64,000 nt of DNA from Syntrophales bacterium (lineage in GTDB: Bacteria; Desulfobacterota; Syntrophia; Syntrophales; PHBD01): contig OY764159.1 in the NCBI GenBank assembly GCA_963668175.1, forward strand, positions 416,001-480,000. Reading direction: 5' to 3'. Both the position numbers and the translations under genes were made by a program. Position 1 is the first letter of the stretch. The number at the start of each line of letters is the position of its first letter. Below, piece by piece: positions 28,250-39,851 of the stretch. The notes beneath the pieces were generated by a model. It was not told the origin of the DNA, searched no databases, and saw only the letters and a list, made by a program, of their open reading frames with translations.

Positions 28250-29566
28250 TTATTTATCCGAAGATAAGGGGACGGAGGGTCTTACGGTCTTCATCGTCTC
28301 GTCCAGCCAATCAAGGATTCTTTCATTGGATAAGACGCCGGCACCGACCTGGCAGTGATCTTCAGCCGCATCCTCCGCGGTAAACATCAGGAACGTCTTG
28401 GGAGACGTCAATGCATTAAAAAATTGCTTTGACTGTCCCGGCATATCGGCATCCTTCTCGGAATCCACGACCAGGACGGGACAGCGGATCTTGCCGATGG
28501 CATCATTCATGTGATAGGAGCGCGTCATCCGGAGCCATTCGCTGGGTGTCCTGGCGCCGAAGGTGAACATGCCGTTGGCCATGGCCCAGCGCGCCGCCGG
28601 ATCCTTCTTCATCATGCCGTAGGCCACGCGGTCGAATACCTTGGCCATGGCGGAATCGTCCAGCATCTTTTCCGGTACCCCCTTGGCATTCTTCATGATG
28701 ACGGCATGGAAGTCGTATACGCCGCCGTTGACGATCAAGGCTTTGATCCGCGGCTCAAAGGCGGCAGCCCGCGGCGCCAGGTAGCCGCCGAAGCTGATGC
28801 CGTAAAGAGCGATCCTCTCCGCATCCACCTCGGGCAGTAGCCCGGCATAGTCGAGGACCGGTGTCAGAACTGTTTCCCAGTTGCTGCGAAAGGGGATTTT
28901 CTGTTCGCGGATGACCCTGCCCTGGCCTGGCCCTTCGAAGATCAGGCAGTTGTAGCCGCGTTCCAGGGCGGCAACCGCCGCCTGGAAATAGAGTTCCTCC
29001 GCCGTCCCGTCGAAACCCGTCTGAATCAACAGCAGAGGCCTTTTGATCCTCGAATCGTCCACCAGACAGAGGTATCCCGGCAGAGACTTCCCTTCGAAGG
29101 GAATCTCCACCGGCCGGATGGGGGTGACGGACAGTCTGGCTCCCTTGATGAAGCATTCCCGGCTCTTCCCCCAACTTCCCAGAATCCGCGGATCGCCGGG
29201 ATTCGTGTGGAGGAAGATTTCCGCCGTCCGGTAATAATTGGCGGCCCGGAAATATTCTTTCTTCGCGCTTAAGAGGCGGCCCTGCGAGAGGAAACGCTCA
29301 GCCGTCTTTTCCCGCAATTCCGCCGCGGCGTACCACTCCCGGTACCAGCTGTTGTCGTCGCCTTCCTTGATGCGATAAATGGTCTTCAAACATTCGCCGA
29401 TATCTGCTCCGCCGTAGACGGCCGAAGACATGGTTCGAAGGGCCTGATTGGCATACAGGGGCTCTTTGAAGTGAAACTTCACCGCCCCGGCTTCGTCACT
29501 TACAGCGAGCATGAAGACTAACACCCCGGTCATACAAATGTATCGAATCGCGCTATTTCCCATCAT
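28250..29566 (-). CDS. Alpha/beta hydrolase (FrsA/peptidase S9-like esterase) with a signal-like N-terminus
   Basis: TGFDGTAEE, FEGPGQG, nucleophile elbow GISFGG, and EDHCQ catalytic His; GGAAGGAG RBS. Confidence 0.85.
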   Translation of the reverse strand: MMGNSAIRYICMTGVLVFMLAVSDEAGAVKFHFKEPLYANQALRTMSSAVYGGADIGECLKTIYRIKEGDDNSWYREWYAAAELREKTAERFLSQGRLLSAKKEYFRAANYYRTAEIFLHTNPGDPRILGSWGKSRECFIKGARLSVTPIRPVEIPFEGKSLPGYLCLVDDSRIKRPLLLIQTGFDGTAEELYFQAAVAALERGYNCLIFEGPGQGRVIREQKIPFRSNWETVLTPVLDYAGLLPEVDAERIALYGISFGGYLAPRAAAFEPRIKALIVNGGVYDFHAVIMKNAKGVPEKMLDDSAMAKVFDRVAYGMMKKDPAARWAMANGMFTFGARTPSEWLRMTRSYHMNDAIGKIRCPVLVVDSEKDADMPGQSKQFFNALTSPKTFLMFTAEDAAEDHCQVGAGVLSNERILDWLDETMKTVRPSVPLSSDK

Positions 29567-29694
29567 ACTCCTTCCCTGTCCCATCATGGATGACACGGAC
29601 GCCTGCTGCAGATATCGGTCAACCCGTTCTTTTTGTGGAAATATCACACCGTAAGCATTTGACAAAGTGCTTTCTTTTTCCTATACACATATTC

Positions 29695-31278
29695 ATGAAA
29701 TCACGTGCCGTACCTGTTCTGGTCGGGGCAGCCCAATACACACAGCATAAAAACGATCGGGGACTTCTGGACCCCCTGGGTCTTATGGTGCAGGCAGGCA
29801 GGCAGGCCCTCGCAGACACCGGTGCAAGCGGGGTGAAATCCCTCATCGATACGGTCTGTGTGGTCAACAGCTTTTCCCGGGACGATGACCGGCTGCCTTC
29901 GTTGCTCGGCAAGGCTCTGGGCATCGAGGCCCGGGATCATATCTATTACCTGATCGGCGGCAATACGCCGCAGTTGCTCGTGAACCGATTCTCCCGCGAT
30001 ATTGCCGCCGGCCGCAGAAGCGGGGTACTGATCACCGGCGCGGAGGCCATCTACGCGATGTACAAAGCCTCCCGCAACGGCCTGGATGAGAATTGGGCGG
30101 ACAACCCGACCTTCAGGCAGGTTACGGCAAACGGACACCCGGTCAATTTCGATACCCTGCTGCACCTCGGCTGCGATCGGGAAAAGCAACTTCTGGGTGA
30201 TGATTACGATGAACCGAACAACAAGATCGAGACGGCCTATGATCTCTTTATGCCCCAGTACATGTACCCATTCTTCGAGACGGCCCTGCGCAATGCTTCC
30301 GGCCGCACCCCTGCGGAACATTTGGACCATTTAGGATGCTGTTACGAACGTATGTCCGCCGTCGCCGCCGGAAACCCGTATGCCTGGAGCCGACAGCGGC
30401 TGCACGGACAGGACATCGCCGTCGCAACGTCCGGAAATCGCTATGTGGTCTATCCCTATACGATCCGGATGGTCGCCAACATCAACGTCGACCAGGCAGC
30501 CGCCCTGATCATGACCGGTGAGCAGGACGCCCGGATCTCGGGGATCGAAGAGAATCGTCTGGTCTATCCCATGGGGGGTGCCGAGTTCAGCAATATCTGG
30601 CATGTATCACGCCGGTCCTGTCTTTACGATTCGCCGGCCATCACGGAGGCCGTTCGCCTATCGCTTAAACAGGCCGGGCTTTCGCTCTCCGATATCGATT
30701 TCTTCGATCTCTACAGTTGTTTCCCGTCGGCGGTGGAGATCGCCCGCCGGGCCGTTGGCATACCGGAAGGCGACCCCCGCGATCTATCCCTCACGGGAGG
30801 TCTCTCCTATTTTGGCGGGCCGGGCAATAACTATTCGCTCCATGCGATTGCCGCCGCCGTGGAGCGGGTCCGTCGGGACCGCCGTTTGAAGGCCATGATT
30901 ACCGCCAACGGCTGGTACAACTCGAAACATGCCGTCGGCATCTACGGCGCCGTCCCTCCCGACAATGCGTGGGAAGACGCCGATCATACCGCCATCCAGA
31001 AGTCCATCAGGGAAACGGCGCTACCGGAACCCGTTGAACGGGCGGACGGATCTCTGACGATCGAGGCCTTTTCGACGAGGTACGATACGGAAGGCCGACC
31101 GGAACGGACCACGGTGATCGGTAAATTGCGGAACGGCAGGAGGGCGTTGGCGGATATTCAGTCGAACGACGCGGAATTGGCAAGACTGATGGAGATCGAA
31201 TTGGTCGGAAAGACCGGAACGGTCCGGTACGATCCATTTTCAGGCCGCAACCGGCTCACCATTGCGCCGGCAAGTTAG
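29695..31278 (+). CDS. Thiolase-like protein (acetyl-CoA acetyltransferase-like, TLP1 type) with an extra C-terminal domain
   Basis: PVLVG, GGNTPQ, VDQAAA, DLYSCFPSAV and LTGGLSYFGGPGNNY motifs. Confidence 0.8.
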   Translation: MKSRAVPVLVGAAQYTQHKNDRGLLDPLGLMVQAGRQALADTGASGVKSLIDTVCVVNSFSRDDDRLPSLLGKALGIEARDHIYYLIGGNTPQLLVNRFSRDIAAGRRSGVLITGAEAIYAMYKASRNGLDENWADNPTFRQVTANGHPVNFDTLLHLGCDREKQLLGDDYDEPNNKIETAYDLFMPQYMYPFFETALRNASGRTPAEHLDHLGCCYERMSAVAAGNPYAWSRQRLHGQDIAVATSGNRYVVYPYTIRMVANINVDQAAALIMTGEQDARISGIEENRLVYPMGGAEFSNIWHVSRRSCLYDSPAITEAVRLSLKQAGLSLSDIDFFDLYSCFPSAVEIARRAVGIPEGDPRDLSLTGGLSYFGGPGNNYSLHAIAAAVERVRRDRRLKAMITANGWYNSKHAVGIYGAVPPDNAWEDADHTAIQKSIRETALPEPVERADGSLTIEAFSTRYDTEGRPERTTVIGKLRNGRRALADIQSNDAELARLMEIELVGKTGTVRYDPFSGRNRLTIAPAS

Positions 31279-31424
31279 TACGCGACCGGAACGCCGGCGC
31301 TGAAAAGCCTTGAGATATCCGACACCCGGAGCGGAAGCACGGCAATAACTTCTGAAATTCACGCCTTGCGATCGCTTTGCAGTTTTCCTTGACACCGGTA
31401 ATTTTTCCATCCTATACGGCGGCC

Positions 31425-31826
31425 ATGAAAAAATATGACGTTCCTCAGGATGAGATCCCCATCTTTCACGGCGAAAAGAAGGTGCTGTATGCCGTGGACG
31501 AAACCGGCCGTTACGCCGCAGTCCAAAGCAGCGGTTGGGACGTGGAGAGGGTAGTCCTGGAGCAGGCCCTGGACGACTACGAGCAAAAGGCGGAGGCGGC
31601 AAAGCGGCGAATCAAAGACGGCGAAAGTTCCCCTCTCGAATATTTCATGTACAAGCGCCGGATGGACAGCCGGGTCCTGGCCCAAGCGACGGGCTTTGCG
31701 GGCTGGCGGGTCAAAAGGCACTTAAAGCCTGAACATTTCAATAAACTTAAAGATTCTACCATGCAGGAATACGCCCGGGTCCTCCAGGTTAGTCCCGATG
31801 TCCTGAAGCGTTTTGACGGAGCTTGA
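31425..31826 (+). CDS. Conserved hypothetical protein with a C-terminal HTH-like region
   Basis: MKKYDVPQD...YAVDETG...SSGW...SPLEYFM...W.VKRHLKP; resembles the small gene usually found beside BtrH-like genes. Confidence 0.7.
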   Translation: MKKYDVPQDEIPIFHGEKKVLYAVDETGRYAAVQSSGWDVERVVLEQALDDYEQKAEAAKRRIKDGESSPLEYFMYKRRMDSRVLAQATGFAGWRVKRHLKPEHFNKLKDSTMQEYARVLQVSPDVLKRFDGA

Positions 31827-31829
31827 CCT

Positions 31830-32822
31830 TTGGACACGGAGCCCTCATTTGTACACAGACAGGCGGCCCACTGCGAAAGCGGCGTCGTCTCGTCCCTCCT
31901 CAGGAACCGCGGCCTGGACCTGTCGGAAGCCATGGTATTCGGGCTTTCGAGCGCCCTCATGTTTTCCTACCTGCCTTTCGTGAAAATCAACGGCATGCCC
32001 CTCGTCTCCTACCGCAATATTCCGCGGGGTATCATCAGAGGCATTCAGGGCAGGCTGGGCATCCGGTTCAAGACCGTCACCTACAGAGATCAGAGGCACG
32101 CCCATGAAGAACTCATGTCCTTCACGGACTGCGGCCATGCCGTCGGTCTCCAGACATCCGTCTATTGGCTTCCCTATTTTCCGCCGGAGATGCGCTTTCA
32201 GTTCAACGCCCACAATCTCATCGTTTACGGACGGCGGAACGGGGAGCTCCTCGTCAGCGATCCGGTCTTCGACCACGTTGTCCTGATCAGGCCCGAGGAC
32301 CTCCAGAATGCGCGTTTTACCAAAGGCATCCTGGCGCCCAGAGGTTACCTCTATTACCCCGAAGATATTCCCGTCGATATCGATATGGGTCAAGCCATCC
32401 GTCGGTCTATCAGGAAGACGGTCTTCATGATGCTCCCTTCCCCTCCACCGTTCGGCGTGCGGGGTATTCATTGCCTGGCCAACAAAATAGAACGCCTCGA
32501 AAAAAGCACGGACAAGCGCTACATCAAGCTCCTCCTCGGCCATATCGTCCGGATGCAGGAAGAAATCGGCACAGGAGGCGGAGGGTTCAGGTACTTGTAT
32601 GCGGCGTTCCTCGACGAGGCATCGCGGATATTGTCCCTGGCGGAACTGGCCGAGGCCTCGCGGAAAATGACGGAGGCGGGCGACTTGTGGCGCGCTTTTG
32701 CCTTGGCGGCCGTCGGCTACATCAAGGACAAGGGCATAACGCTTCCGGAAATCGCTGCTCAGATCAGGCGATGCGCCGAAGCGGAAAAAGACCTCTTCAC
32801 ATTCCTGAAAGCGGTCATATAA
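31830..32822 (+). CDS. BtrH N-terminal/DUF4872 protein (papain-like Cys/His fold)
   Basis: HCESG, FNAHN, SDP and QEEIGTGGGGFR motifs; TTG start 3 nt after the upstream stop. Confidence 0.8.
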   Translation: MDTEPSFVHRQAAHCESGVVSSLLRNRGLDLSEAMVFGLSSALMFSYLPFVKINGMPLVSYRNIPRGIIRGIQGRLGIRFKTVTYRDQRHAHEELMSFTDCGHAVGLQTSVYWLPYFPPEMRFQFNAHNLIVYGRRNGELLVSDPVFDHVVLIRPEDLQNARFTKGILAPRGYLYYPEDIPVDIDMGQAIRRSIRKTVFMMLPSPPPFGVRGIHCLANKIERLEKSTDKRYIKLLLGHIVRMQEEIGTGGGGFRYLYAAFLDEASRILSLAELAEASRKMTEAGDLWRAFALAAVGYIKDKGITLPEIAAQIRRCAEAEKDLFTFLKAVI

Positions 32823-32889
32823 AGCAGAGAGTTAAGGTAAGATCGACCGTTGTCAGTCCGACATACGGGGGGCAGACAACGGGAACGTC

Positions 32890-34788
32890 TCAGGCAGGTC
32901 CCTTGTCCTTCGCTTGAAATTCCAGTTCCTGTTTCTTCATCATGACCAGAATGGCCGATATGGCGGCTTGGGTCATACCGACGATCCGGCCGGCCTGGCC
33001 GATAGTGGCGGGCTCGACGCGTTTGAGCTTCATCCGGAGTTCGTTGGACAGCCCCGGGATGGCATCGTAATCGAGCCCCGGCGGTATCTTCTTTTTTTCC
33101 AGCGTTTTCAGCTTCTCGACCGCTTCGAGCTGGCGCTTGATATACCCCTCGTACTTCGCCTCGATTTCGATCTGCTTTTTGACCATCCTGTCGGGAACGG
33201 GCTCCCAGCCGTCGAAAACATTCAGGTCGTCGTAGGCCACTTCCTCCCTCTTGAGGAGCTGGTAAAGGGAAACGGGATTCTTGATCGGCGTCGTGCCCAT
33301 CCCGGCCAGGATCGTATTGACGTCGGCCACCGGAAAGATCCGGACCCCTGAAAGACGGGATATTCCGTCAGCTATCTTCTTGGTCTTCTCCTGGAGGAGA
33401 CGATAATGATCGTGTCCGATCAATCCCAGTTCGTGGCCCTTCCCCATCAAACGGATGACGGCATTGTCCTCCCTAAGGATCAAACGATACTCGGCGCGGG
33501 AGGTGAACATCCGGTAAGGTTCGTCGACCCCCTTGGTGACCAGGTCGTCGATCATCACCCCCATGTAGGCATCGGAGCGATCGAGGATAAACGGTTGCCG
33601 TCCCTGGACGGCGAGGGCCGCATTGATGCCCGCCCACAGGCCTTGCGCGGCCGCCTCCTCATAGCCGGACGTCCCGTTGATTTGGCCCGCGAGATACAGG
33701 CCGGACACGGATTTCGTCTCCAGGGTCCGCTTCAGCTGGGTCGGCTGAACGAAATCATATTCGATGGCGTAGGCGGACCGCATGATTTCCGCCTGTTCGA
33801 GACCGGGCACGCTGTGGACAATCTGTTCCTGCAGTTCCATCGGCATGCTGTTCCCCAGGCCCTTGGCATAGATCTCTTCCGTATCGATCCCTTCGTATTC
33901 GAGGACGACGGGATGCTGCCCCTTGTCGGTGAATCGCACGACCTTGTCCTCCAGGGAGGGGCAGTAACGGGCGCTGACGCCTTTGATCGTCCCGGAATAC
34001 AGAGGAGAAAGGAGAATGTTGTCACGGATGAGGCGATGGGTCTCAGGCGTCGTTCGGCTGAAGAAGGAAGGCAGACGCGTTTCGCCCAGTTTGTCCGTCG
34101 AAAAAGAAAAAGGCTCGGGATCGGGGTCACTGTCCTGCCGGGTGAGTACGGAAAAATCGACGGTGGACGCCCGCAGCCGGGGCGGCGTACCCGTCTTCAT
34201 GCGCCCCATCTCGAAACCGAGCGCCGCGAGCGATTTCGCGAGTTCCAAGGATGCGATTTCACCGGCGCGGCCCGCCGGATAGCTTACCGTCCCGATGTGG
34301 ATCAATCCGTTCAGAAAAGTGCCGGTCGTGATGACGACGGATTTCGCCCCGTAAAAAACACCGGTTTGATCCTGCACTCCGGCGATGCGCCCGTCTTCCA
34401 CGATCAGGCGTTCGACGAGGGTCTGACGCAGATGGAGACGGGGCTCCTTCTCGACGACAGCTTTCATGGCAAGCCGATAGCGCTGCTTGTCGCACTGAAA
34501 ACGGGACGATTGAACGGCGGGTCCTTTCGAGGCATTGAGCAGGCGGAAATGGACGGCCGTCTGATCGGCGATCTTCCCCATCTCGCCACCCAGAGCGTCT
34601 ATTTCCTTGACCAATTGCCCCTTGGCGAGGCCGCCAATGGCCGGATTGCAGGACATCAGGGCCATGGCATCGAGATTGATATTGAACATGAGGGTATCGC
34701 ATCCCATGCGGGCCGACGCCAACGCCGCTTCGCAACCGGCGTGACCGCCGCCTATGACGATTACCTCAAAATGTTTCTGCAGAGTCAT
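32890..34788 (-). CDS. mnmG: tRNA uridine-5-carboxymethylaminomethyl modification enzyme
   Basis: [51 protein letters not shown] and [12 protein letters not shown] motifs. Confidence 0.98.
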   Translation of the reverse strand: MTLQKHFEVIVIGGGHAGCEAALASARMGCDTLMFNINLDAMALMSCNPAIGGLAKGQLVKEIDALGGEMGKIADQTAVHFRLLNASKGPAVQSSRFQCDKQRYRLAMKAVVEKEPRLHLRQTLVERLIVEDGRIAGVQDQTGVFYGAKSVVITTGTFLNGLIHIGTVSYPAGRAGEIASLELAKSLAALGFEMGRMKTGTPPRLRASTVDFSVLTRQDSDPDPEPFSFSTDKLGETRLPSFFSRTTPETHRLIRDNILLSPLYSGTIKGVSARYCPSLEDKVVRFTDKGQHPVVLEYEGIDTEEIYAKGLGNSMPMELQEQIVHSVPGLEQAEIMRSAYAIEYDFVQPTQLKRTLETKSVSGLYLAGQINGTSGYEEAAAQGLWAGINAALAVQGRQPFILDRSDAYMGVMIDDLVTKGVDEPYRMFTSRAEYRLILREDNAVIRLMGKGHELGLIGHDHYRLLQEKTKKIADGISRLSGVRIFPVADVNTILAGMGTTPIKNPVSLYQLLKREEVAYDDLNVFDGWEPVPDRMVKKQIEIEAKYEGYIKRQLEAVEKLKTLEKKKIPPGLDYDAIPGLSNELRMKLKRVEPATIGQAGRIVGMTQAAISAILVMMKKQELEFQAKDKGPA

Positions 34789-34830
34789 CGTTTTTCCAAA
34801 ATTACGCCGACATCTCCCTCCGGCCGCCCA

Positions 34831-36057
34831 TTATGCATTCAGGCGTTTCTCCTCCGTAACAAAGACACCGATGACGGCAACAGCCGTCACGGCCGTCAGA
34901 CCGCCGAATATAAAGGGCGCGGCGGGGGCCAGGGAGAAGAGAAAACCGGCAATGACACTCGCCGGAAGGAGTCCGATCCCGACGATCGTGTTGAAGAAGC
35001 CCAAAGCCGTCGCTTTCGATTCCGCGGGGGCCTTTTCCGCCACGAAGGCCTTTTCGACGCCCTCCGTCATGGCATAATACAAACCATAAACCGGCCAGAA
35101 AATCCAAAGAAGAAATCGGGATGAAGGATCGATAAATCCGAAGGCCATATAAACGACCGCATACAGGCCGTAGCCTGCAACCAGCAGTTTCTTCCGGCCG
35201 ATCCGGTCCGACAGACTACCGAAGGCCGTCGATGCCAAGGACGTGACCAGGTTAAAGATGATGTACATCACAATGACGGTGGAGAGGGCGTAACCAAGTC
35301 CCGTACTTCGCAACAACAGGAATTGATTGGAGGAATTGCCAAGCGTGAAGATGAACTGGGCAAGAAGGAATACCTGCAGGCTCTTGTTGTAATGCCTGAA
35401 ATTGAGCCGGGGTTTTGCCGCCGGACATTGAGCGCGCTCCCGCGTTTCCCTTTCCCGTATAAAAAACAGGCAGATGACGCCGATAAAAGCCGGAACCAGT
35501 GCAATCGCAAAGACGGGATAGAAGGCCTGCGGATCGTGCATTGTCTCCACGCCCGGAAAAACATAGCCGACCAGCAGATAACAGAAGACCGTGCCCAGCA
35601 TGGCGCCGGAGAAATCCATCGCCCGTTGAAAGCCGAAGGCCCGCCCCTGATGCTCCCTGGACGTGCTTTCCGCAATCAGGGCATCGCGGGGGGCTGTCCT
35701 GATTCCCTTGCCGACCCGGTCGAAAAAACGGGCCGTCAGCACAGTATACCAGAAGGGCAGGAAGAACAGGAACCGCGACAGGGACGATATCGCGTATCCC
35801 CAGATGGTCGGCATCTTGCGCTTTTCCTGACGGTCGGACCAGTAGCCGGAATAGACCTTGAGCAGGCTGGCCGTCGCTTCGGAGATTCCTTCGATGATGC
35901 CCAGGACCGGCCCCAGCAGGGCCGTCTGGGCCTTCAGGATGGCGCTGACAAAGGCCTGCAGCAGCGGATAGATCATCTCCGAGGAGATATCGGTGAAGAA
36001 TGAGGTCAAGCCGGTGATCAGAACGTTTCTGTCAAGCGGTTCGCGGTTTTGAGACAT
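34831..36057 (-). CDS. MFS transporter
   Basis: SFFTDISSEM, DRVGKGIRTAPRDAL and GSLSDRIGRK motifs; about 12 TM segments. Confidence 0.92.
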   Translation of the reverse strand: MSQNREPLDRNVLITGLTSFFTDISSEMIYPLLQAFVSAILKAQTALLGPVLGIIEGISEATASLLKVYSGYWSDRQEKRKMPTIWGYAISSLSRFLFFLPFWYTVLTARFFDRVGKGIRTAPRDALIAESTSREHQGRAFGFQRAMDFSGAMLGTVFCYLLVGYVFPGVETMHDPQAFYPVFAIALVPAFIGVICLFFIRERETRERAQCPAAKPRLNFRHYNKSLQVFLLAQFIFTLGNSSNQFLLLRSTGLGYALSTVIVMYIIFNLVTSLASTAFGSLSDRIGRKKLLVAGYGLYAVVYMAFGFIDPSSRFLLWIFWPVYGLYYAMTEGVEKAFVAEKAPAESKATALGFFNTIVGIGLLPASVIAGFLFSLAPAAPFIFGGLTAVTAVAVIGVFVTEEKRLNA

Positions 36058-36204
36058 TGAAAGGTATGTCCTCTGCTGATCTTCTTGTCACCGGCATACG
36101 GCCCGAGGTCGATTTCTATCGTGCCGGCCGGAACGTTCCGCACGTCTCCCAAGCGCAATGTGCACAAAATGTTCGAAAAGATTTCCTCTTGCCTCTGCGC
36201 GCGA

Positions 36205-38049
36205 TCAATACATGCTCTCTTCTTTACGTTTCGCCGACCTGCGGTTGGCGTCGAGTTCCATTTTCCGGAGCCGTATGTGCTGGGGCGTCACCTCAACCAG
36301 TTCGTCGGCGGCGATGAATTCGATCGACTGATCGAGGGAAAGAGGGCGCGGCGGCCGCAACGTTACGGTGGCTTCCGACGTCGAGCTCCTCATATTCGTC
36401 AACTTCTTTTCCTTCGTGATGTTGACGGTCATGTCGCCGGTTCGGTTGCGTTCGCCGATAATCATGCCGCCGTAGACCTCCGTGCCCACCTCGACGAAGA
36501 GTTCTCCCCGGTCCGCCATCGCCAGGCTGGCGTACGTCGTCACTTTGCCGTTTCTGTCGGCGAGCAAGGCGCCGCTCGAACGCTGCGGTATCGGACCGGC
36601 CCAGGGTTCATACCCTTCGAACAAGGTGTTCATCACACCCGAACCCTTGGTATTGGTCAGGAAATGGCTGCGGAACCCGATGAGGCCGCGCGACGGGACC
36701 AGGAACTCCAGATTGACCCGGCCGCTTCCCTTATTGACCAGATGCACCATCCGCCCTTTCCGCTGCGATAGTTTTTCCGTAACGATGCCCACGAATTCGT
36801 CGGGAACGTCTACAAAAACCCGCTCCACGGGTTCCAGTGTCCTGCCGTTTTCCTCCTTCGTGATCACGCGGGGGCGGGAGACCATGAATTCGTACCCCTC
36901 CCGGCGCATCGTCTCGATCAGGACGGCCATTTGCAGCTCGCCGCGGCCGCAGACTTCAAAGGCATCCTTTCTTTCCATGAGCTTGAGCTTGAGGGCCACA
37001 TTACGGTAATCCTCTTTTTCCAGGCGTTCCAGAAGATGGCGCGACGTCAGGAATTTCCCTTCCCGGCCGGCGAACGGGCTGTTGTTGACGTAAAAAATCA
37101 TCGAAACGGTCGGTTCGTCCACATTGATGCGGGGCAGCGGTAGGGGTGTTTCCAAGGCGCTGATGGTATCGCCGATGTTGATGGATTCCACCCCGGCCAC
37201 GGCGACGATATCACCTGCCTCAACGGCGTCAACCTGCTTCTTCATCAAGCCGTGATACGTATAAAGGACAGAGAATTTCACGCCCGGCGTCACCTGGTCT
37301 TCGCCGCACAATGCATAGAGCTGATTCATCATCAATTTCCCATGCATCAGACGGCCGATGCCGATCTGCCCGACGTAGGAATCGTAGTCGAGATTGGTAA
37401 TGAGAAACTGGGGTACTGCTTCGTCGTCGGCGTCCGGGCCGGGAATCGCCTCGCAGATGGCGTCAAACAGGGGACGGAGGTCCGCCGAGGAGTCTCCCGG
37501 CTTCAGATGGGCAATGCCCTTTTTGGCGTTGGTATAGAGAATAGGAAACTCGATCTGCTGCTCGCTGGCGTCAAGATCGATAAAGAGGTCGTACACCTCG
37601 CTGATCACTTCTTCGATACGGGCGTCGCCGCGGTCGATCTTGTTGATCACGACGATGACGGGCAACTGCCGGGCCAGGGCTTTTTTGACGACGAAACGGG
37701 TCTGGGGGAGCGGCCCTTCGCTGGCGTCGACCAGCAGGATGGCGCCGTCAACCATGTTGAGGCTCCGCTCCACCTCCCCGCCGAAATCGGCGTGACCGGG
37801 TGTGTCGACGATATTGATTTTAATGCCCCCGTACCATATGGCGGTGTTCTTCGCCATGATGGTGATTCCTCTCTCCTTTTCCAGATCCATGGAGTCCATG
37901 ACCCGTTCGGCGACTTCCTGGTTTTCGCGGAAGATCCCCGTCTGTTTGAGCATGGCGTCAACCAGGGTTGTTTTGCCGTGATCGACATGGGCTATGATGG
38001 CTATATTTCTGATATTATTCTTTCGCACGAAACAAATGTTCCTTTCCAT
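36205..38049 (-). CDS. typA: Translational GTPase TypA/BipA
   Basis: [39 protein letters not shown] and KKLTNMRS motifs. Start may be GTG 38028. Confidence 0.97.
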   Translation of the reverse strand: MERNICFVRKNNIRNIAIIAHVDHGKTTLVDAMLKQTGIFRENQEVAERVMDSMDLEKERGITIMAKNTAIWYGGIKINIVDTPGHADFGGEVERSLNMVDGAILLVDASEGPLPQTRFVVKKALARQLPVIVVINKIDRGDARIEEVISEVYDLFIDLDASEQQIEFPILYTNAKKGIAHLKPGDSSADLRPLFDAICEAIPGPDADDEAVPQFLITNLDYDSYVGQIGIGRLMHGKLMMNQLYALCGEDQVTPGVKFSVLYTYHGLMKKQVDAVEAGDIVAVAGVESINIGDTISALETPLPLPRINVDEPTVSMIFYVNNSPFAGREGKFLTSRHLLERLEKEDYRNVALKLKLMERKDAFEVCGRGELQMAVLIETMRREGYEFMVSRPRVITKEENGRTLEPVERVFVDVPDEFVGIVTEKLSQRKGRMVHLVNKGSGRVNLEFLVPSRGLIGFRSHFLTNTKGSGVMNTLFEGYEPWAGPIPQRSSGALLADRNGKVTTYASLAMADRGELFVEVGTEVYGGMIIGERNRTGDMTVNITKEKKLTNMRSSTSEATVTLRPPRPLSLDQSIEFIAADELVEVTPQHIRLRKMELDANRRSAKRKEESMY

Positions 38050-38253
38050 CGCGGTTAAGATGGTAACCGCCTGTACATTTTCGGCCTATATACCGGCTGT
38101 TTGCCGAGAACACAACGCCGAATATAAATTATATTGAAGTCTCCTCCCCGTTTCGTGTAATGATTCAGGGGTTTCTCGTCCGAGGACGGGATAAGGCGAA
38201 TCGGTGGAAGTATCCGCCGGGACAGAGATTAGAGCGGCTCATGGCAGGACACA

Positions 38254-39192
38254 TTGTCAAAACAATCATTCCCGGAAAATAGAAAAAGATACAGCGATCT
38301 GAAAAGCTTCTGGCGGGACCGGTTCGGCTGCACGGTGCACAAACTGCCCATCGATGCCGGGTTCACCTGCCCGAACCGGGACGGAACGGTCGCAACGGGC
38401 GGATGTCTGTATTGCGACGGAAGAGGATCGCGTCTGCGTCAGGCGGGCTCCTTACCTACCGTCGCCGAACAAATAGGCCTCGGCCAGGCGTACTATCGCG
38501 GCAAGCGCCGCGCCGGTAAATTTATTGCCTATTTTCAAACCTTCACCAACACGCACGCCCCTGTCGGCCGACTTAAAGCCCTGTACGACGAAGCCCTGGC
38601 CCAGCCGGATGTCATCGGCTTGTCCATCGGCACCCGACCCGACTGCGTGCCCGACGAAACCCTGGAACTCATCAATTCCTACGCCGAATCCTATCACGTT
38701 TGGCTCGAATTCGGCCTCCAATCCATCCACGACAGGTCCCTTGCCGCCATCAACCGGGGCCACGATGCGGCCGCGTTTTTCGACGCCGTGCAACGGGCCG
38801 CCGGCGGGAATATCTTGATCTGCACGCACATCATCCTGGGGCTGCCGGGCGAAACACGAGACGATATGATGGAAACGGCCCGGGTTCTTGCGAAGCTTCC
38901 CATTCATGGGATCAAGATCCACCTCCTGTTGGCACTTCGCGGTACCGCCGTCGGAAAATCCTACGAGGAAGGCCGGGTAAAGTTATTGACAAAGGCCGAA
39001 TATGTCGATACGGTTTGCGACATTCTGGAAGAACTGCCGCCGGAGATGGTCATTCAGCGCCTGACGGCGGACGGCTACCGGGATATCTACCTCGGACCCC
39101 AGTGGGCGATCAACAAAATGGATGTCTTGAACGCCATCGACCGGGAACTGACGGCAAGAGACAGTTGCCAGGGAAGCCGATTTCATTTATAA
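38254..39192 (+). CDS. TIGR01212/YhcC-family radical SAM protein
   Basis: GFTCPNRDG...GGCLYC, YFQTFTNT, IGTRPDC and RGHD motifs. Confidence 0.9.
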   Translation: MSKQSFPENRKRYSDLKSFWRDRFGCTVHKLPIDAGFTCPNRDGTVATGGCLYCDGRGSRLRQAGSLPTVAEQIGLGQAYYRGKRRAGKFIAYFQTFTNTHAPVGRLKALYDEALAQPDVIGLSIGTRPDCVPDETLELINSYAESYHVWLEFGLQSIHDRSLAAINRGHDAAAFFDAVQRAAGGNILICTHIILGLPGETRDDMMETARVLAKLPIHGIKIHLLLALRGTAVGKSYEEGRVKLLTKAEYVDTVCDILEELPPEMVIQRLTADGYRDIYLGPQWAINKMDVLNAIDRELTARDSCQGSRFHL

Positions 39193-39212
39193 CAGCTGGG
39201 AACGGATATTTT

Positions 39213-39851
39213 ATGATTGGTATCATTGACTATAAAGCCGGCAATTTGACCAGCGTGGCCCGGGCGCTTCAGTACCTCAACGAGCCCTGCACGATTACGG
39301 CCGATTTGCAGGCCCTGGAAAAAGCCGACCGCCTCATTTTCCCAGGCGTCGGCGCCGCCGGTGAGGCCATGGAGAATCTCCGCTTAAGCGGCCTCGACAA
39401 ACGGATTCGGGAGTGGGTTGCCGCCGGAAAACCGACCTTGGGAATCTGCCTCGGCACCCAGGTTATTTTTGAATACAGCGAGGAAGACCATCGAACCGAG
39501 TGTCTGGGCATCGTACCGGGCGCCGTCAAGCTGTTCCCCAAGGACCTGGCCCAGGACGGCCGCCGTCTGAAGATCCCCCACATGGGATGGAACCAGGTCG
39601 CTTTTCCGAACGATCACCCGGTCTTCCGGGACTTGCCTGCCGGGGCGGAATTCTATTTCGTCCACTCCTATTATCCCGAACCGGCGGATGAGCGTTGGGT
39701 TGCGGGCTGGACGGACTACGGCATTCGTTTCTGCGCGGCAATCGCCTCGAAAAATCTTGTCGCCGTTCAGTTCCACCCGGAAAAGAGCGGCCGGCCGGGA
39801 CTCAAGATTCTGCAGAATTTCTGCGCATGGGGAGGCCGCTATGCTGAGTAA
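39213..39851 (+). CDS. hisH: Imidazole glycerol phosphate synthase glutaminase subunit
   Basis: [33 protein letters not shown] and QFHPEKSG motifs. Confidence 0.95.
   Translation: MIGIIDYKAGNLTSVARALQYLNEPCTITADLQALEKADRLIFPGVGAAGEAMENLRLSGLDKRIREWVAAGKPTLGICLGTQVIFEYSEEDHRTECLGIVPGAVKLFPKDLAQDGRRLKIPHMGWNQVAFPNDHPVFRDLPAGAEFYFVHSYYPEPADERWVAGWTDYGIRFCAAIASKNLVAVQFHPEKSGRPGLKILQNFCAWGGRYAE

Noticed and set aside
33406..35124. Long antisense ORFs (572 aa here; also 53559-54557, 58927-59967, 60057-61301, 61283-62455 and others)
   Set aside because: They lie opposite well-supported genes and show no recognisable motifs; typical shadow ORFs of GC-rich codon usage.
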